From Eledone cirrhosa (Eukaryota), in contig OZ024743.1 in the NCBI GenBank assembly GCA_964016885.1, positions 233,678,001 through 233,742,000 on the forward strand: a DNA stretch of 64,000 nucleotides. The letters run 5' to 3'. Below the pieces are notes generated by a model. It searched no databases. It was not told where the DNA came from and worked only from the letters and a program-made list of their open reading frames with translations. The position numbers and the translations under genes were made by a program. Positions 12,713 through 27,694 of the stretch are shown one piece after another. Within the stretch, counting starts at the first letter, position 1. Each line of letters starts with the position of its first letter.

Positions 12713-15700
12713 TGCTGAAATTCACGCCACACATAGCCAATGAGTCTCTGCACATGTACCATTAATTACAGATCGATCCGACCACGGGCGGTCGGTTTGC
12801 GATTGAAAAGGTAACTCCGCCGGCAAATCGTCATTTTTGGATTCGTTTTCTTCGAAGCACACCATTCGCCGGCTGACTTTGTTGACGTTTAACACGGTTT
12901 GGTTCCACAGCCACAACTATTGATTTTAAGGAGATATCTTGCTGAAATTCACGCCACACATAGCCAATGAGTGTCTGCACAGGTACCAGTAATTACAGAT
13001 CGATCCGACCACGGGCGGCCGGCCCGCGATTGAAAAGGTAACTCCGCCGGCAAATCGTCATTTTTGGATTCGTTTTCTTCGAAGCACACCATTCGCCGGC
13101 GGACTTTGTTGACGTTTAACACGGTTTGGTTCCACAGCCACAACTATTGATTTTACGGAGATATCTTGCTGAAATTCACGCCACACATAGCCAATGAGTG
13201 TCTGCACATGTACCAGTAATTACAGATCGATCCGACCACGGGCGGCCGGCCCGCGATTGAAAAGGTAACTCCGCCGGCAAATCGTCATTTTTGGATTCGT
13301 TTTCTTCGAAGCACACCATTCGCCGGCTGACTTTGTTGACGTTTAACACGGTTTGGTTCCACAGCCACAACTATTGATTTTAAGGAGATATCTTGCTGAA
13401 ATTCACGCCACACATAGCCAATGAGTGTCTGCACAGGTACCAGTAATTACAGATCGATCCGACCACGGGCGGCCGGCCCGCGATTGAAAAGGTAACTCCG
13501 CCGGCAAATCGTCATTTTTGGATTCGTTTTCTTCGAAGCACACCATTCGCCGGCGGACTTTGTTGACGTTTAACACGGTTTGGTTCCACAGCCACAACTA
13601 TTGATTTTACGGAGATATCTTGCTGAAATTCACGCCACACATAGCCAATGAGTGTCTGCACATGTACCAGTAATTACAGATCGATCCGACCACGGGCGGT
13701 CGGTTTGCGATTGAAAAGGTAACTCCGCCGGCAAATCGTCATTTTTGGATTCGTTTTCTTCGAAGCACACCATTCGCCGGCGGACTTTGTTGACGTTTAA
13801 CACGGTTTGGTTCCACAGCCACAACTATTGATTTTACGGAGATATCTTGCTGAAATTCACGCCACACATAGCCAATGAGTGTCTGCACATGTACCAGTAA
13901 TTACAGATCGATCCGACCACGGGCGGTCGGTTTGCGATTGAAAAGGTAACTCCGCCGGCAAATCGTCATTTTTGGATTCGTTTTCTTCGAAGCACACCAT
14001 TCGCCGGCTGACTTTGTTGACGTTTAACACGGTTTGGTTCCACAGCCACAACTATTGATTTTACGGAGATATCTTGCTGAAATTCACGCCACACATAGCC
14101 AATGAGTGTCTGCACATGTACCAGTAATTACAGATCGATCCGACCACGGGCGGTCGGTTTGCGATTGAAAAGGTAACTCCGCCGGCAAATCGTCATTTTT
14201 GGATTCGTTTTCTTCGAAGCACACCATTCGCCGGCGGACTTTGTTGACGTTTAACACGGTTTGGTTCCACAGCCACAACTATTGATTTTACGGAGATATC
14301 TTGCTGAAATTCACGCCACACATAGCCAATGAGTGTCTGCACATGTATCAGTAATTACAGATCGATCCGACCACGGGCGGCCGGCCCGCGATTGAAAAGG
14401 TAACTCCGCCGGCAAATCGTCATTTTTGGATTCGTTTTCTTCGAAGCACACCATTCGCCGGCGGACTTTGTTGACGTTTAACACGGTTTGGTTCCACAGC
14501 CACAACTATTGATTTTACGGAGATATCTTGCTGAAATTCACGCCACACATAGCCAATGAGTCTCTGCACATGTACCATTAATTACAGATCGATCCGACCA
14601 CGGGCGGTCGGTTTGCGATTGAAAAGGTAACTCCGCCGGCAAATCGTCATTTTTGGATTCGTTTTCTTCGAAGCACACCATTCGCCGGCTGACTTTGTTG
14701 ACGTTTAACACGGTTTGGTTCCACAGCCACAACTATTGATTTTAAGGAGATATCTTGCTGAAATTCACGCCACACATAGCCAATGAGTGTCTGCACAGGT
14801 ACCAGTAATTACAGATCGATCCGACCACGGGCGGCCGGCCCGCGATTGAAAAGGTAACTCCGCCGGCAAATCGTCATTTTTGGATTCGTTTTCTTCGAAG
14901 CACACCATTCGCCGGCGGACTTTGTTGACGTTTAACACGGTTTGGTTCCACAGCCACAACTATTGATTTTACGGAGATATCTTGCTGAAATTCACGCCAC
15001 ACATAGCCAATGAGTGTCTGCACATGTACCAGTAATTACAGATCGATCCGACCACGGGCGGCCGGCCCGCGATTGAAAAGGTAACTCCGCCGGCAAATCG
15101 TCATTTTTGGATTCGTTTTCTTCGAAGCACACCATTCGCCGGCTGACTTTGTTGACGTTTAACACGGTTTGGTTCCACAGCCACAACTATTGATTTTAAG
15201 GAGATATCTTGCTGAAATTCACGCCACACATAGCCAATGAGTGTCTGCACAGGTACCAGTAATTACAGATCGATCCGACCACGGGCGGTCGGTTTGCGAT
15301 TGAAAAGGTAACTCCGCCGGCAAATCGTCATTTTTGGATTCGTTTTCTTCGAAGCACACCATTCGCCGGCGGACTTTGTTGACGTTTAACACGGTTTGGT
15401 TCCACAGCCACAACTATTGATTTTACGGAGATATCTTGCTGAAATTCACGCCACACATAGCCAATGAGTGTCTGCACATGTACCAGTAATTACAGATCGA
15501 TCCGACCACGGGCGGTCGGTTTGCGATTGAAAAGGTAACTCCGCCGGCAAATCGTCATTTTTGGATTCGTTTTCTTCGAAGCACACCATTCGCCGGCTGA
15601 CTTTGTTGACGTTTAACACGGTTTGGTTCCACAGCCACAACTATTGATTTTACGGAGATATCTTGCTGAAATTCACGCCACACATAGCCAATGAGTGTCT

Positions 15701-17933
15701 GCACATGTACCAGTAATTACAGATCGATCCGACCACGGGCGGTCGGTTTGCGATTGAAAAGGTAACTCCGCCGGCAAATCGTCATTTTTGGATTCGTTTT
15801 CTTCGAAGCACACCATTCGCCGGCGGACTTTGTTGACGTTTAACACGGTTTGGTTCCACAGCCACAACTATTGATTTTACGGAGATATCTTGCTGAAATT
15901 CACGCCACACATAGCCAATGAGTGTCTGCACATGTATCAGTAATTACAGATCGATCCGACCACGGGCGGCCGGCCCGCGATTGAAAAGGTAACTCCGCCG
16001 GCAAATCGTCATTTTTGGATTCGTTTTCTTCGAAGCACACCATTCGCCGGCGGACTTTGTTGACGTTTAACACGGTTTGGTTCCACAGCCACAACTATTG
16101 ATTTTACGGAGATATCTTGCTGAAATTCACGCCACACATAGCCAATGAGTCTCTGCACATGTACCATTAATTACAGATCGATCCGACCACGGGCGGTCGG
16201 TTTGCGATTGAAAAGGTAACTCCGCCGGCAAATCGTCATTTTTGGATTCGTTTTCTTCGAAGCACACCATTCGCCGGCTGACTTTGTTGACGTTTAACAC
16301 GGTTTGGTTCCACAGCCACAACTATTGATTTTAAGGAGATATCTTGCTGAAATTCACGCCACACATAGCCAATGAGTGTCTGCACAGGTACCAGTAATTA
16401 CAGATCGATCCGACCACGGGCGGCCGGCCCGCGATTGAAAAGGTAACTCCGCCGGCAAATCGTCATTTTTGGATTCGTTTTCTTCGAAGCACACCATTCG
16501 CCGGCGGACTTTGTTGACGTTTAACACGGTTTGGTTCCACAGCCACAACTATTGATTTTACGGAGATATCTTGCTGAAATTCACGCCACACATAGCCAAT
16601 GAGTGTCTGCACATGTACCAGTAATTACAGATCGATCCGACCACGGGCGGCCGGCCCGCGATTGAAAAGGTAACTCCGCCGGCAAATCGTCATTTTTGGA
16701 TTCGTTTTCTTCGAAGCACACCATTCGCCGGCTGACTTTGTTGACGTTTAACACGGTTTGGTTCCACAGCCACAACTATTGATTTTAAGGAGATATCTTG
16801 CTGAAATTCACGCCACACATAGCCAATGAGTGTCTGCACAGGTACCAGTAATTACAGATCGATCCGACCACGGGCGGCCGGCCCGCGATTGAAAAGGTAA
16901 CTCCGCCGGCAAATCGTCATTTTTGGATTCGTTTTCTTCGAAGCACACCATTCGCCGGCGGACTTTGTTGACGTTTAACACGGTTTGGTTCCACAGCCAC
17001 AACTATTGATTTTACGGAGATATCTTGCTGAAATTCACGCCACACATAGCCAATGAGTGTCTGCACATGTACCAGTAATTACAGATCGATCCGACCACGG
17101 GCGGTCGGTTTGCGATTGAAAAGGTAACTCCGCCGGCAAATCGTCATTTTTGGATTCGTTTTCTTCGAAGCACACCATTCGCCGGCGGACTTTGTTGACG
17201 TTTAACACGGTTTGGTTCCACAGCCACAACTATTGATTTTACGGAGATATCTTGCTGAAATTCACGCCACACATAGCCAATGAGTGTCTGCACATGTACC
17301 AGTAATTACAGATCGATCCGACCACGGGCGGTCGGTTTGCGATTGAAAAGGTAACTCCGCCGGCAAATCGTCATTTTTGGATTCGTTTTCTTCGAAGCAC
17401 ACCATTCGCCGGCTGACTTTGTTGACGTTTAACACGGTTTGGTTCCACAGCCACAACTATTGATTTTACGGAGATATCTTGCTGAAATTCACGCCACACA
17501 TAGCCAATGAGTGTCTGCACATGTACCAGTAATTACAGATCGATCCGACCACGGGCGGTCGGTTTGCGATTGAAAAGGTAACTCCGCCGGCAAATCGTCA
17601 TTTTTGGATTCGTTTTCTTCGAAGCACACCATTCGCCGGCGGACTTTGTTGACGTTTAACACGGTTTGGTTCCACAGCCACAACTATTGATTTTACGGAG
17701 ATATCTTGCTGAAATTCACGCCACACATAGCCAATGAGTGTCTGCACATGTATCAGTAATTACAGATCGATCCGACCACGGGCGGCCGGCCCGCGATTGA
17801 AAAGGTAACTCCGCCGGCAAATCGTCATTTTTGGATTCGTTTTCTTCGAAGCACACCATTCGCCGGCGGACTTTGTTGACGTTTAACACGGTTTGGTTCC
17901 ACAGCCACAACTATTGATTTTACGGAGATATCT
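12713..17933. repeat. 8-monomer higher-order repeat (1816 bp), three copies of 8+7+8 units (units 57-79)
   Basis: Each copy starts with a C34+T50 unit (57, 65, 72) and ends with a T47 unit (64, 71, 79). The middle copy is one monomer shorter. Confidence 0.85.
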
Positions 17934-20900
17934 TGCTGAAATTCACGCCACACATAGCCAATGAGTGTCTGCACATGTACCAGTAATTACAGATCGATCC
18001 GACCACGGGCGGCCGGTTTGCGATTGAAAAGGTAACTCCGCCGGCAAATCGTCATTTTTGGATTCGTTTTCTTCGAAGCACACCATTCGCCGGCGGACTT
18101 TGTTGACGTTTAACACGGTTTGGTTCCACAGCCACAACTATTGATTTTACGGAGATATCTTGCTGAAATTCACGCCACACATAGCCAATGAGTGTCTGCA
18201 CATGTACCAGTAATTACAGATCGATCCGACCACGGGCGGCCGGTTTGCGATTGAAAAGGTAACTCCGCCGGCAAATCGTCATTTTTGGATTCGTTTTCTT
18301 CGAAGCACACCATTCGCCGGCGGACTTTGTTGACGTTTAACACGGTTTGGTTCCACAGCCACAACTATTGATTTTACGGAGATATCTTGCTGAAATTCAC
18401 GCCACACATAGCCAATGAGTGTCTGCACATGTACCAGTAATTACAGATCGATCCGACCACGGGCGGTCGGTTTGCGATTGAAAAGGTAACTCCGCCGGCA
18501 AATCGTCATTTTTGGATTCGTTTTCTTCGAAGCACACCATTCGCCAGCTGACTTTGTTGACGTTTAACACGGTTTGGTTCCACAGCCACAACTATTGATT
18601 TTAAGGAGATATCTTGCTGAAATTCACGCCACACATAGCCAATGAGTGTCTGCACAGGTACCAGTAATTACAGATCGATCCGACCACGGGCGGCCGGTTT
18701 GCGATTGAAAAGGTAACTCCGCCGGCAAATCGTCATTTTTGGATTCGTTTTCTTCGAAGCACACCATTCGCCGGCGGACTTTGTTGACGTTTAACACGGT
18801 TTGGTTCCACAGCCACAACTATTGATTTTACGGAGATATCTTGCTGAAATTCACGCCACACATAGCCAATGAGTGTCTGCACATGTACCAGTAATTACAG
18901 ATCGATCCGACCACGGGCGGTCGGTTTGCGATTGAAAAGGTAACTCCGCCGGCAAATCGTCATTTTTGGATTCGTTTTCTTCGAAGCACACCATTCGCCA
19001 GCTGACTTTGTTGACGTTTAACACGGTTTGGTTCCACAGCCACAACTATTGATTTTAAGGAGATATCTTGCTGAAATTCACGCCACACATAGCCAATGAG
19101 TGTCTGCACAGGTACCAGTAATTACAGATCGATCCGACCACGGGCGGCCGGTTTGCGATTGAAAAGGTAACTCCGCCGGCAAATCGTCATTTTTGGATTC
19201 GTTTTCTTCGAAGCACACCATTCGCCGGCTGACTTTGTTGACGTTTAACACGGTTTGGTTCCACAGCCACAACTATTGATTTTAAGGAGATATCTTGCTG
19301 AAATTCACGCCACACATAGCCAATGAGTGTCTGCACAGGTACCAGTAATTACAGATCGATCCGACCACGGGCGGCCGGCCCGCGATTGAAAAGGTAACTC
19401 CGCCGGCAAATCGTCATTTTTGGATTCGTTTTCTTCGAAGCACACCATTCGCCGGCGGACTTTGTTGACGTTTAACACGGTTTGGTTCCACAGCCACAAC
19501 TATTGATTTTACGGAGATATCTTGCTGAAATTCACGCCACACATAGCCAATGAGTGTCTGCACATGTACCAGTAATTACAGATCGATCCGACCACGGGCG
19601 GCCGGCCCGCGATTGGAAAGGTAACTCCGCCGGCAAATCGTCATTTTTGGATTCGTTTTCTTCGAAGCACACCATTCGCCGGCGGACTTTGTTGACGTTT
19701 AACACGGTTTGGTTCCACAGCCACAACTATTGATTTTACGGAGATATCTTGCTGAAATTCACGCCACACATAGCCAATGAGTGTCTGCACATGTATCAGT
19801 AATTACAGATCGATCCGACCACGGGCGGCCGGCCCGCGATTGAAAAGGTAACTCCGCCGGCAAATCGTCATTTTTGGATTCGTTTTCTTCGAAGCACACC
19901 ATTCGCCGGCGGACTTTGTTGACGTTTAACACGGTTTGGTTCCACAGCCACAACTATTGATTTTACGGAGATATCTTGCTGAAATTCACGCCACACATAG
20001 CCAATGAGTGTCTGCACATGTACCAGTAATTACAGATCGATCCGACCACGGGCGGCCGGCCCGCGATTGAAAAGGTAACTCCGCCGGCAAATCGTCATTT
20101 TTGGATTCGTTTTCTTCGAAGCACACCATTCGCCGGCGGACTTTGTTGACGTTTAACACGGTTTGGTTCCACAGCCACAACTATTGATTTTACGGAGATA
20201 TCTTGCTGAAATTCACGCCACACATAGCCAATGAGTGTCCGCACATGTACCAGTAATTACAGATCGATCCGACCACGGGCGGTCGGTTTGCGATTGAAAA
20301 GGTAACTCCGCCGGCAAATCGTCATTTTTGGATTCGTTTTCTTCGAAGCACACCATTCGCCGGCTGACTTTGTTGACGTTTAACACGGTTTGGTTCCACA
20401 GCCACAACTATTGATTTTACGGAGATATCTTGCTGAAATTCACGCCACACATAGCCAATGAGTGTCTGCACATGTACCAGTAATTACAGATCGATCCGAC
20501 CACGGGCGGTCGGTTTGCGATTGAAAAGGTAACTCCGCTTGCAAATCGTCATTTTTGGATTCGTTTTCTTCGAAGCACACCATTCGCCGGCGGACTTTGT
20601 TGACGTTTAACACGGTTTGGTTCCACAGCCACAACTATTGATTTTACGGAGATATCTTGCTGAAATTCACGCCACACATAGCCAATGAGTGTCTGCACAT
20701 GTACAAGTAATTACAGATCGATCCGACCACGGGCGGCCGGCCCGCGATTGAAAAGGTAACTCCGCCGGCAAATCGTCATTTTTGGATTCGTTTTCTTCGA
20801 AGCACACCATTCGCCGGCGGACTTTGTTGACGTTTAACACGGTTTGGTTCCACAGCCACAACTATTGATTTTACGGAGATATCTTGCTGAAATTCACGCC

Positions 20901-23900
20901 ACACATAGCCAATGAGTGTCTGCACATGTACCAGTAATTACAGATCGATCCGACCACGGGCGGTCGGTTTGCGATTGAAAAGGTAACTCCGCCGGCAAAT
21001 CGTCATTTTTGGATTCGTTTTCTTCGAAGCACACCATTCGCCAGCTGACTTTGTTGACGTTTAACACGGTTTGGTTCCACAGCCACAACTATTGATTTTA
21101 AGGAGATATCTTGCTGAAATTCACGCCACACATAGCCAATGAGTGTCTGCACAGGTACCAGTAATTACAGATCGATCCGACCACGGGCGGCCGGTTTGCG
21201 ATTGAAAAGGTAACTCCGCCGGCAAATCGTCATTTTTGGATTCGTTTTCTTCGAAGCACACCATTCGCCGGCTGACTTTGTTGACGTTTAACACGGTTTG
21301 GTTCCACAGCCACAACTATTGATTTTAAGGAGATATCTTGCTGAAATTCACGCCACACATAGCCAATGAGTGTCTGCACAGGTACCAGTAATTACAGATC
21401 GATCCGACCACGGGCGGCCGGCCCGCGATTGAAAAGGTAACTCCGCCGGCAAATCGTCATTTTTGGATTCGTTTTCTTCGAAGCACACCATTCGCCGGCG
21501 GACTTTGTTGACGTTTAACACGGTTTGGTTCCACAGCCACAACTATTGATTTTACGGAGATATCTTGCTGAAATTCACGCCACACATAGCCAATGAGTGT
21601 CTGCACATGTACCAGTAATTACAGATCGATCCGACCACGGGCGGCCGGCCCGCGATTGGAAAGGTAACTCCGCCGGCAAATCGTCATTTTTGGATTCGTT
21701 TTCTTCGAAGCACACCATTCGCCGGCGGACTTTGTTGACGTTTAACACGGTTTGGTTCCACAGCCACAACTATTGATTTTACGGAGATATCTTGCTGAAA
21801 TTCACGCCACACATAGCCAATGAGTGTCTGCACATGTATCAGTAATTACAGATCGATCCGACCACGGGCGGCCGGCCCGCGATTGAAAAGGTAACTCCGC
21901 CGGCAAATCGTCATTTTTGGATTCGTTTTCTTCGAAGCACACCATTCGCCGGCGGACTTTGTTGACGTTTAACACGGTTTGGTTCCACAGCCAAAACTAT
22001 TGATTTTACGGAGATATCTTGCTGAAATTCACGCCACACATAGCCAATGAGTGTCTGCACATGTACAAGTAATTACAGATCGATCCGACCACGGGCGGCC
22101 GGCCCGCGATTGAAAAGGTAACTCCGCCGGCAAATCGTCATTTTTGGATTCGTTTTCTTCGAAGCACACCATTCGCCGGCGGACTTTGTTGACGTTTAAC
22201 ACGGTTTGGTTCCACAGCCACAACTATTGATTTTACGGAGATATCTTGCTGAAATTCACGCCACACATAGCCAATGAGTGTCTGCACATGTACCAGTAAT
22301 TACAGATCGATCCGACCACGGGCGGCCGGCCCGCGATTGAAAAGGTAACTCCGCCGGCAAATCGTCATTTTTGGATTCGTTTTCTTCGAAGCACACCATT
22401 CGCCGGCGGACTTTGTTGACGTTTAACACGGTTTGGTTCCACAGCCACAACTATTGATTTTACGGAGATATCTTGCTGAAATTCACGCCACACATAGCCA
22501 ATGAGTGTCCGCACATGTACCAGTAATTACAGATCGATCCGACCACGGGCGGTCGGTTTGCGATTGAAAAGGTAACTCCGCCGGCAAATCGTCATTTTTG
22601 GATTCGTTTTCTTCGAAGCACACCATTCGCCGGCTGACTTTGTTGACGTTTAACACGGTTTGGTTCCACAGCCACAACTATTGATTTTACGGAGATATCT
22701 TGCTGAAATTCACGCCACACATAGCCAATGAGTGTCTGCACATGTACCAGTAATTACAGATCGATCCGACCACGGGCGGTCGGTTTGCGATTGAAAAGGT
22801 AACTCCGCCGGCAAATCGTCATTTTTGGATTCGTTTTCTTCGAAGCACACCATTCGCCGGCGGACTTTGTTGACGTTTAACACGGTTTGGTTCCACAGCC
22901 ACAACTATTGATTTTACGGAGATATCTTGCTGAAATTCACGCCACACATAGCCAATGAGTGTCTGCACATGTACAAGTAATTACAGATCGATCCGACCAC
23001 GGGCGGCCGGCCCGCGATTGAAAAGGTAACTCCGCCGGCAAATCGACATTTTTGGATTCGTTTTCTTCGAAGCACACCATTCGCCGGCGGACTTTGTTGA
23101 CGTTTAACACGGTTTGGTTCCACAGCCACAACTATTGATTTTACGGAGATATCTTGCTGAAATTCACGCCACACATAGCCAATGAGTGTCTGCACATGTA
23201 CCAGTAATTACAGATCGATCCGACCACGGGCGGCCGGCCCGCGATTGAAAAGGTAACTCCGCCGGCAAATCGTCATTTTTGGATTCGTTTTCTTCGAAGC
23301 ACACCATTCGCCGGCGGACTTTGTTGACGTTTAACACGGTTTGGTTCCACAGCCACAACTATTGATTTTACGGAGATATCTTGCTGAAATTCACGCCACA
23401 CATAGCCAATGAGTCTCTGCACATGTACCATTAATTACAGATCGATCCGACCACGGGCGGTCGGTTTGCGATTGAAAAGGTAACTCCGCCGGCAAATCGT
23501 CATTTTTGGATTCGTTTTCTTCGAAGCACACCATTCGCCGGCTGACTTTGTTGACGTTTAACACGGTTTGGTTCCACAGCCACAACTATTGATTTTAAGG
23601 AGATATCTTGCTGAAATTCACGCCACACATAGCCAATGAGTGTCTGCACAGGTACCAGTAATTACAGATCGATCCGACCACGGGCGGCCGGCCCGCGATT
23701 GAAAAGGTAACTCCGCCGGCAAATCGTCATTTTTGGATTCGTTTTCTTCGAAGCACACCATTCGCCGGCGGACTTTGTTGACGTTTAACACGGTTTGGTT
23801 CCACAGCCACAACTATTGATTTTACGGAGATATCTTCCTGAAATTCACGCCACACATAGCCAATGAGTGTCTGCACATGTACCAGTAATTACAGATCGAT

Positions 23901-26900
23901 CCGACCACGGGCGGCCGGCCCGCGATTGAAAAGGTAACTCCGCCGGCAAATCGTCATTTTTGGATTCGTTTTCTTCGAAGCACACCATTCGCCGGCGGAC
24001 TTTGTTGACGTTTAACACGGTTTGGTTCCACAGCCACAACTATTGATTTTACGGAGATATCTTGCTGAAATTCACGCCACACATAGCCAATGAGTGTCTG
24101 CACATGTACCAGTAATTACAGATCGATCCGACCACGGGCGGTCGGTTTGCGATTGAAAAGGTAACTCCGCCGGCAAATCGTCATTTTTGGATTCGTTTTC
24201 TTCGAAGCACACCATTCGCCGGCTGACTTTGTTGACGTTTAACACGGTTTGGTTCCACAGCCACAACTATTGATTTTAAGGAGATATCTTGCTGAAATTC
24301 ACGCCACACATAGCCAATGAGTGTCTGCACAGGTACCAGTAATTACAGATCGATCCGACCACGGGCGGCCGGTTTGCGATTGAAAAGGTAACTCCGCCGG
24401 CAAATCGTCATTTTTGGATTCGTTTTCTTCGAAGCACACCATTCGCCGGCTGACTTTGTTGACGTTTAACACGGTTTGGTTCCACAGCCACAACTATTGA
24501 TTTTAAGGAGATATCTTGCTGAAATTCACGCCACACATAGCCAATGAGTGTCTGCACAGGTACCAGTAATTACAGATCGATCCGACCACGGGCGGCCGGC
24601 CCGCGATTGAAAAGGTAACTCCGCCGGCAAATCGTCATTTTTGGATTCGTTTTCTTCGAAGCACACCATTCGCCGGCGGACTTTGTTGACGTTTAACACG
24701 GTTTGGTTCCACAGCCACAACTATTGATTTTACGGAGATATCTTGCTGAAATTCACGCCACACATAGCCAATGAGTGTCTGCACATGTACCAGTAATTAC
24801 AGATCGATCCGACCACGGGCGGCCGGCCCGCGATTGGAAAGGTAACTCCGCCGGCAAATCGTCATTTTTGGATTCGTTTTCTTCGAAGCACACCATTCGC
24901 CGGCGGACTTTGTTGACGTTTAACACGGTTTGGTTCCACAGCCACAACTATTGATTTTACGGAGATATCTTGCTGAAATTCACGCCACACATAGCCAATG
25001 AGTGTCTGCACATGTATCAGTAATTACAGATCGATCCGACCACGGGCGGCCGGCCCGCGATTGAAAAGGTAACTCCGCCGGCAAATCGTCATTTTTGGAT
25101 TCGTTTTCTTCGAAGCACACCATTCGCCGGCGGACTTTGTTGACGTTTAACACGGTTTGGTTCCACAGCCACAACTATTGATTTTACGGAGATATCTTGC
25201 TGAAATTCACGCCACACATAGCCAATGAGTGTCTGCACATGTACAAGTAATTACAGATCGATCCGACCACGGGCGGCCGGCCCGCGATTGAAAAGGTAAC
25301 TCCGCCGGCAAATCGTCATTTTTGGATTCGTTTTCTTCGAAGCACACCATTCGCCGGCGGACTTTGTTGACGTTTAACACGGTTTGGTTCCACAGCCACA
25401 ACTATTGATTTTACGGAGATATCTTGCTGAAATTCACGCCACACATAGCCAATGAGTGTCTGCACATGTACCAGTAATTACAGATCGATCCGACCACGGG
25501 CGGCCGGCCCGCGATTGAAAAGGTAACTCCGCCGGCAAATCGTCATTTTTGGATTCGTTTTCTTCGAAGCACACCATTCGCCGGCGGACTTTGTTGACGT
25601 TTAACACGGTTTGGTTCCACAGCCACAACTATTGATTTTACGGAGATATCTTGCTGAAATTCACGCCACACATAGCCAATGAGTGTCTGCACATGTACCA
25701 GTAATTACAGATCGATCCGACCACGGGCGGTCGGTTTGCGATTGAAAAGGTAACTCCGCCGGCAAATCGTCATTTTTGGATTCGTTTTCTTCGAAGCACA
25801 CCATTCGCCGGCTGACTTTGTTGACGTTTAACACGGTTTGGTTCCACAGCCACAACTATTGATTTTAAGGAGATATCTTGCTGAAATTCACGCCACACAT
25901 AGCCAATGAGTGTCTGCACAGGTACCAGTAATTACAGATCGATCCGACCACGGGCGGCCGGTTTGCGATTGAAAAGGTAACTCCGCCGGCAAATCGTCAT
26001 TTTTGGATTCGTTTTCTTCGAAGCACACCATTCGCCGGCTGACTTTGTTGACGTTTAACACGGTTTGGTTCCACAGCCACAACTATTGATTTTAAGGAGA
26101 TATCTTGCTGAAATTCACGCCACACATAGCCAATGAGTGTCTGCACAGGTACCAGTAATTACAGATCGATCCGACCACGGGCGGCCGGCCCGCGATTGAA
26201 AAGGTAACTCCGCCGGCAAATCGTCATTTTTGGATTCGTTTTCTTCGAAGCACACCATTCGCCGGCGGACTTTGTTGACGTTTAACACGGTTTGGTTCCA
26301 CAGCCACAACTATTGATTTTACGGAGATATCTTGCTGAAATTCACGCCACACATAGCCAATGAGTGTCTGCACATGTACCAGTAATTACAGATCGATCCG
26401 ACCACGGGCGGCCGGCCCGCGATTGGAAAGGTAACTCCGCCGGCAAATCGTCATTTTTGGATTCGTTTTCTTCGAAGCACACCATTCGCCGGCGGACTTT
26501 GTTGACGTTTAACACGGTTTGGTTCCACAGCCACAACTATTGATTTTACGGAGATATCTTGCTGAAATTCACGCCACACATAGCCAATGAGTGTCTGCAC
26601 ATGTATCAGTAATTACAGATCGATCCGACCACGGGCGGCCGGCCCGCGATTGAAAAGGTAACTCCGCCGGCAAATCGTCATTTTTGGATTCGTTTTCTTC
26701 GAAGCACACCATTCGCCGGCGGACTTTGTTGACGTTTAACACGGTTTGGTTCCACAGCCACAACTATTGATTTTACGGAGATATCTTGCTGAAATTCACG
26801 CCACACATAGCCAATGAGTGTCCGCACATGTACCAGTAATTACAGATCGATCCGACCACGGGCGGTCGGTTTGCGATTGAAAAGGTAACTCCGCCGGCAA

Positions 26901-27694
26901 ATCGTCATTTTTGGATTCGTTTTCTTCGAAGCACACCATTCGCCGGCTGACTTTGTTGACGTTTAACACGGTTTGGTTCCACAGCCACAACTATTGATTT
27001 TACGGAGATATCTTGCTGAAATTCACGCCACACATAGCCAATGAGTGTCTGCACATGTACCAGTAATTACAGATCGATCCGACCACGGGCGGTCGGTTTG
27101 CGATTGAAAAGGTAACTCCGCCGGCAAATCGTCATTTTTGGATTCGTTTTCTTCGAAGCACACCATTCGCCGGCGGACTTTGTTGACGTTTAACACGGTT
27201 TGGTTCCACAGCCACAACTATTGATTTTACGGAGATATCTTGCTGAAATTCACGCCACACATAGCCAATGAGTGTCTGCACATGTACAAGTAATTACAGA
27301 TCGATCCGACCACGGGCGGCCGGCCCGCGATTGGAAAGGTAACTCCGCCGGCAAATCGTCATTTTTGGATTCGTTTTCTTCGAAGCACACCATTCGCCGG
27401 CGGACTTTGTTGACGTTTAACACGGTTTGGTTCCACAGCCACAACTATTGATTTTACGGAGATATCTTGCTGAAATTCACGCCACACATAGCCAATGAGT
27501 GTCTGCACATGTATCAGTAATTACAGATCGATCCGACCACGGGCGGCCGGCCCGCGATTGAAAAGGTAACTCCGCCGGCAAATCGTCATTTTTGGATTCG
27601 TTTTCTTCGAAGCACACCATTCGCCGGCGGACTTTGTTGACGTTTAACACGGTTTGGTTCCACAGCCACAACTATTGATTTTACGGAGATATCT

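Noticed and set aside
22914-23195. 93-aa ORF
   Set aside because: It arises from the singleton T>A at 23046 removing a TGA, together with the A48 allele removing a TAA, in another frame of the same repeat.
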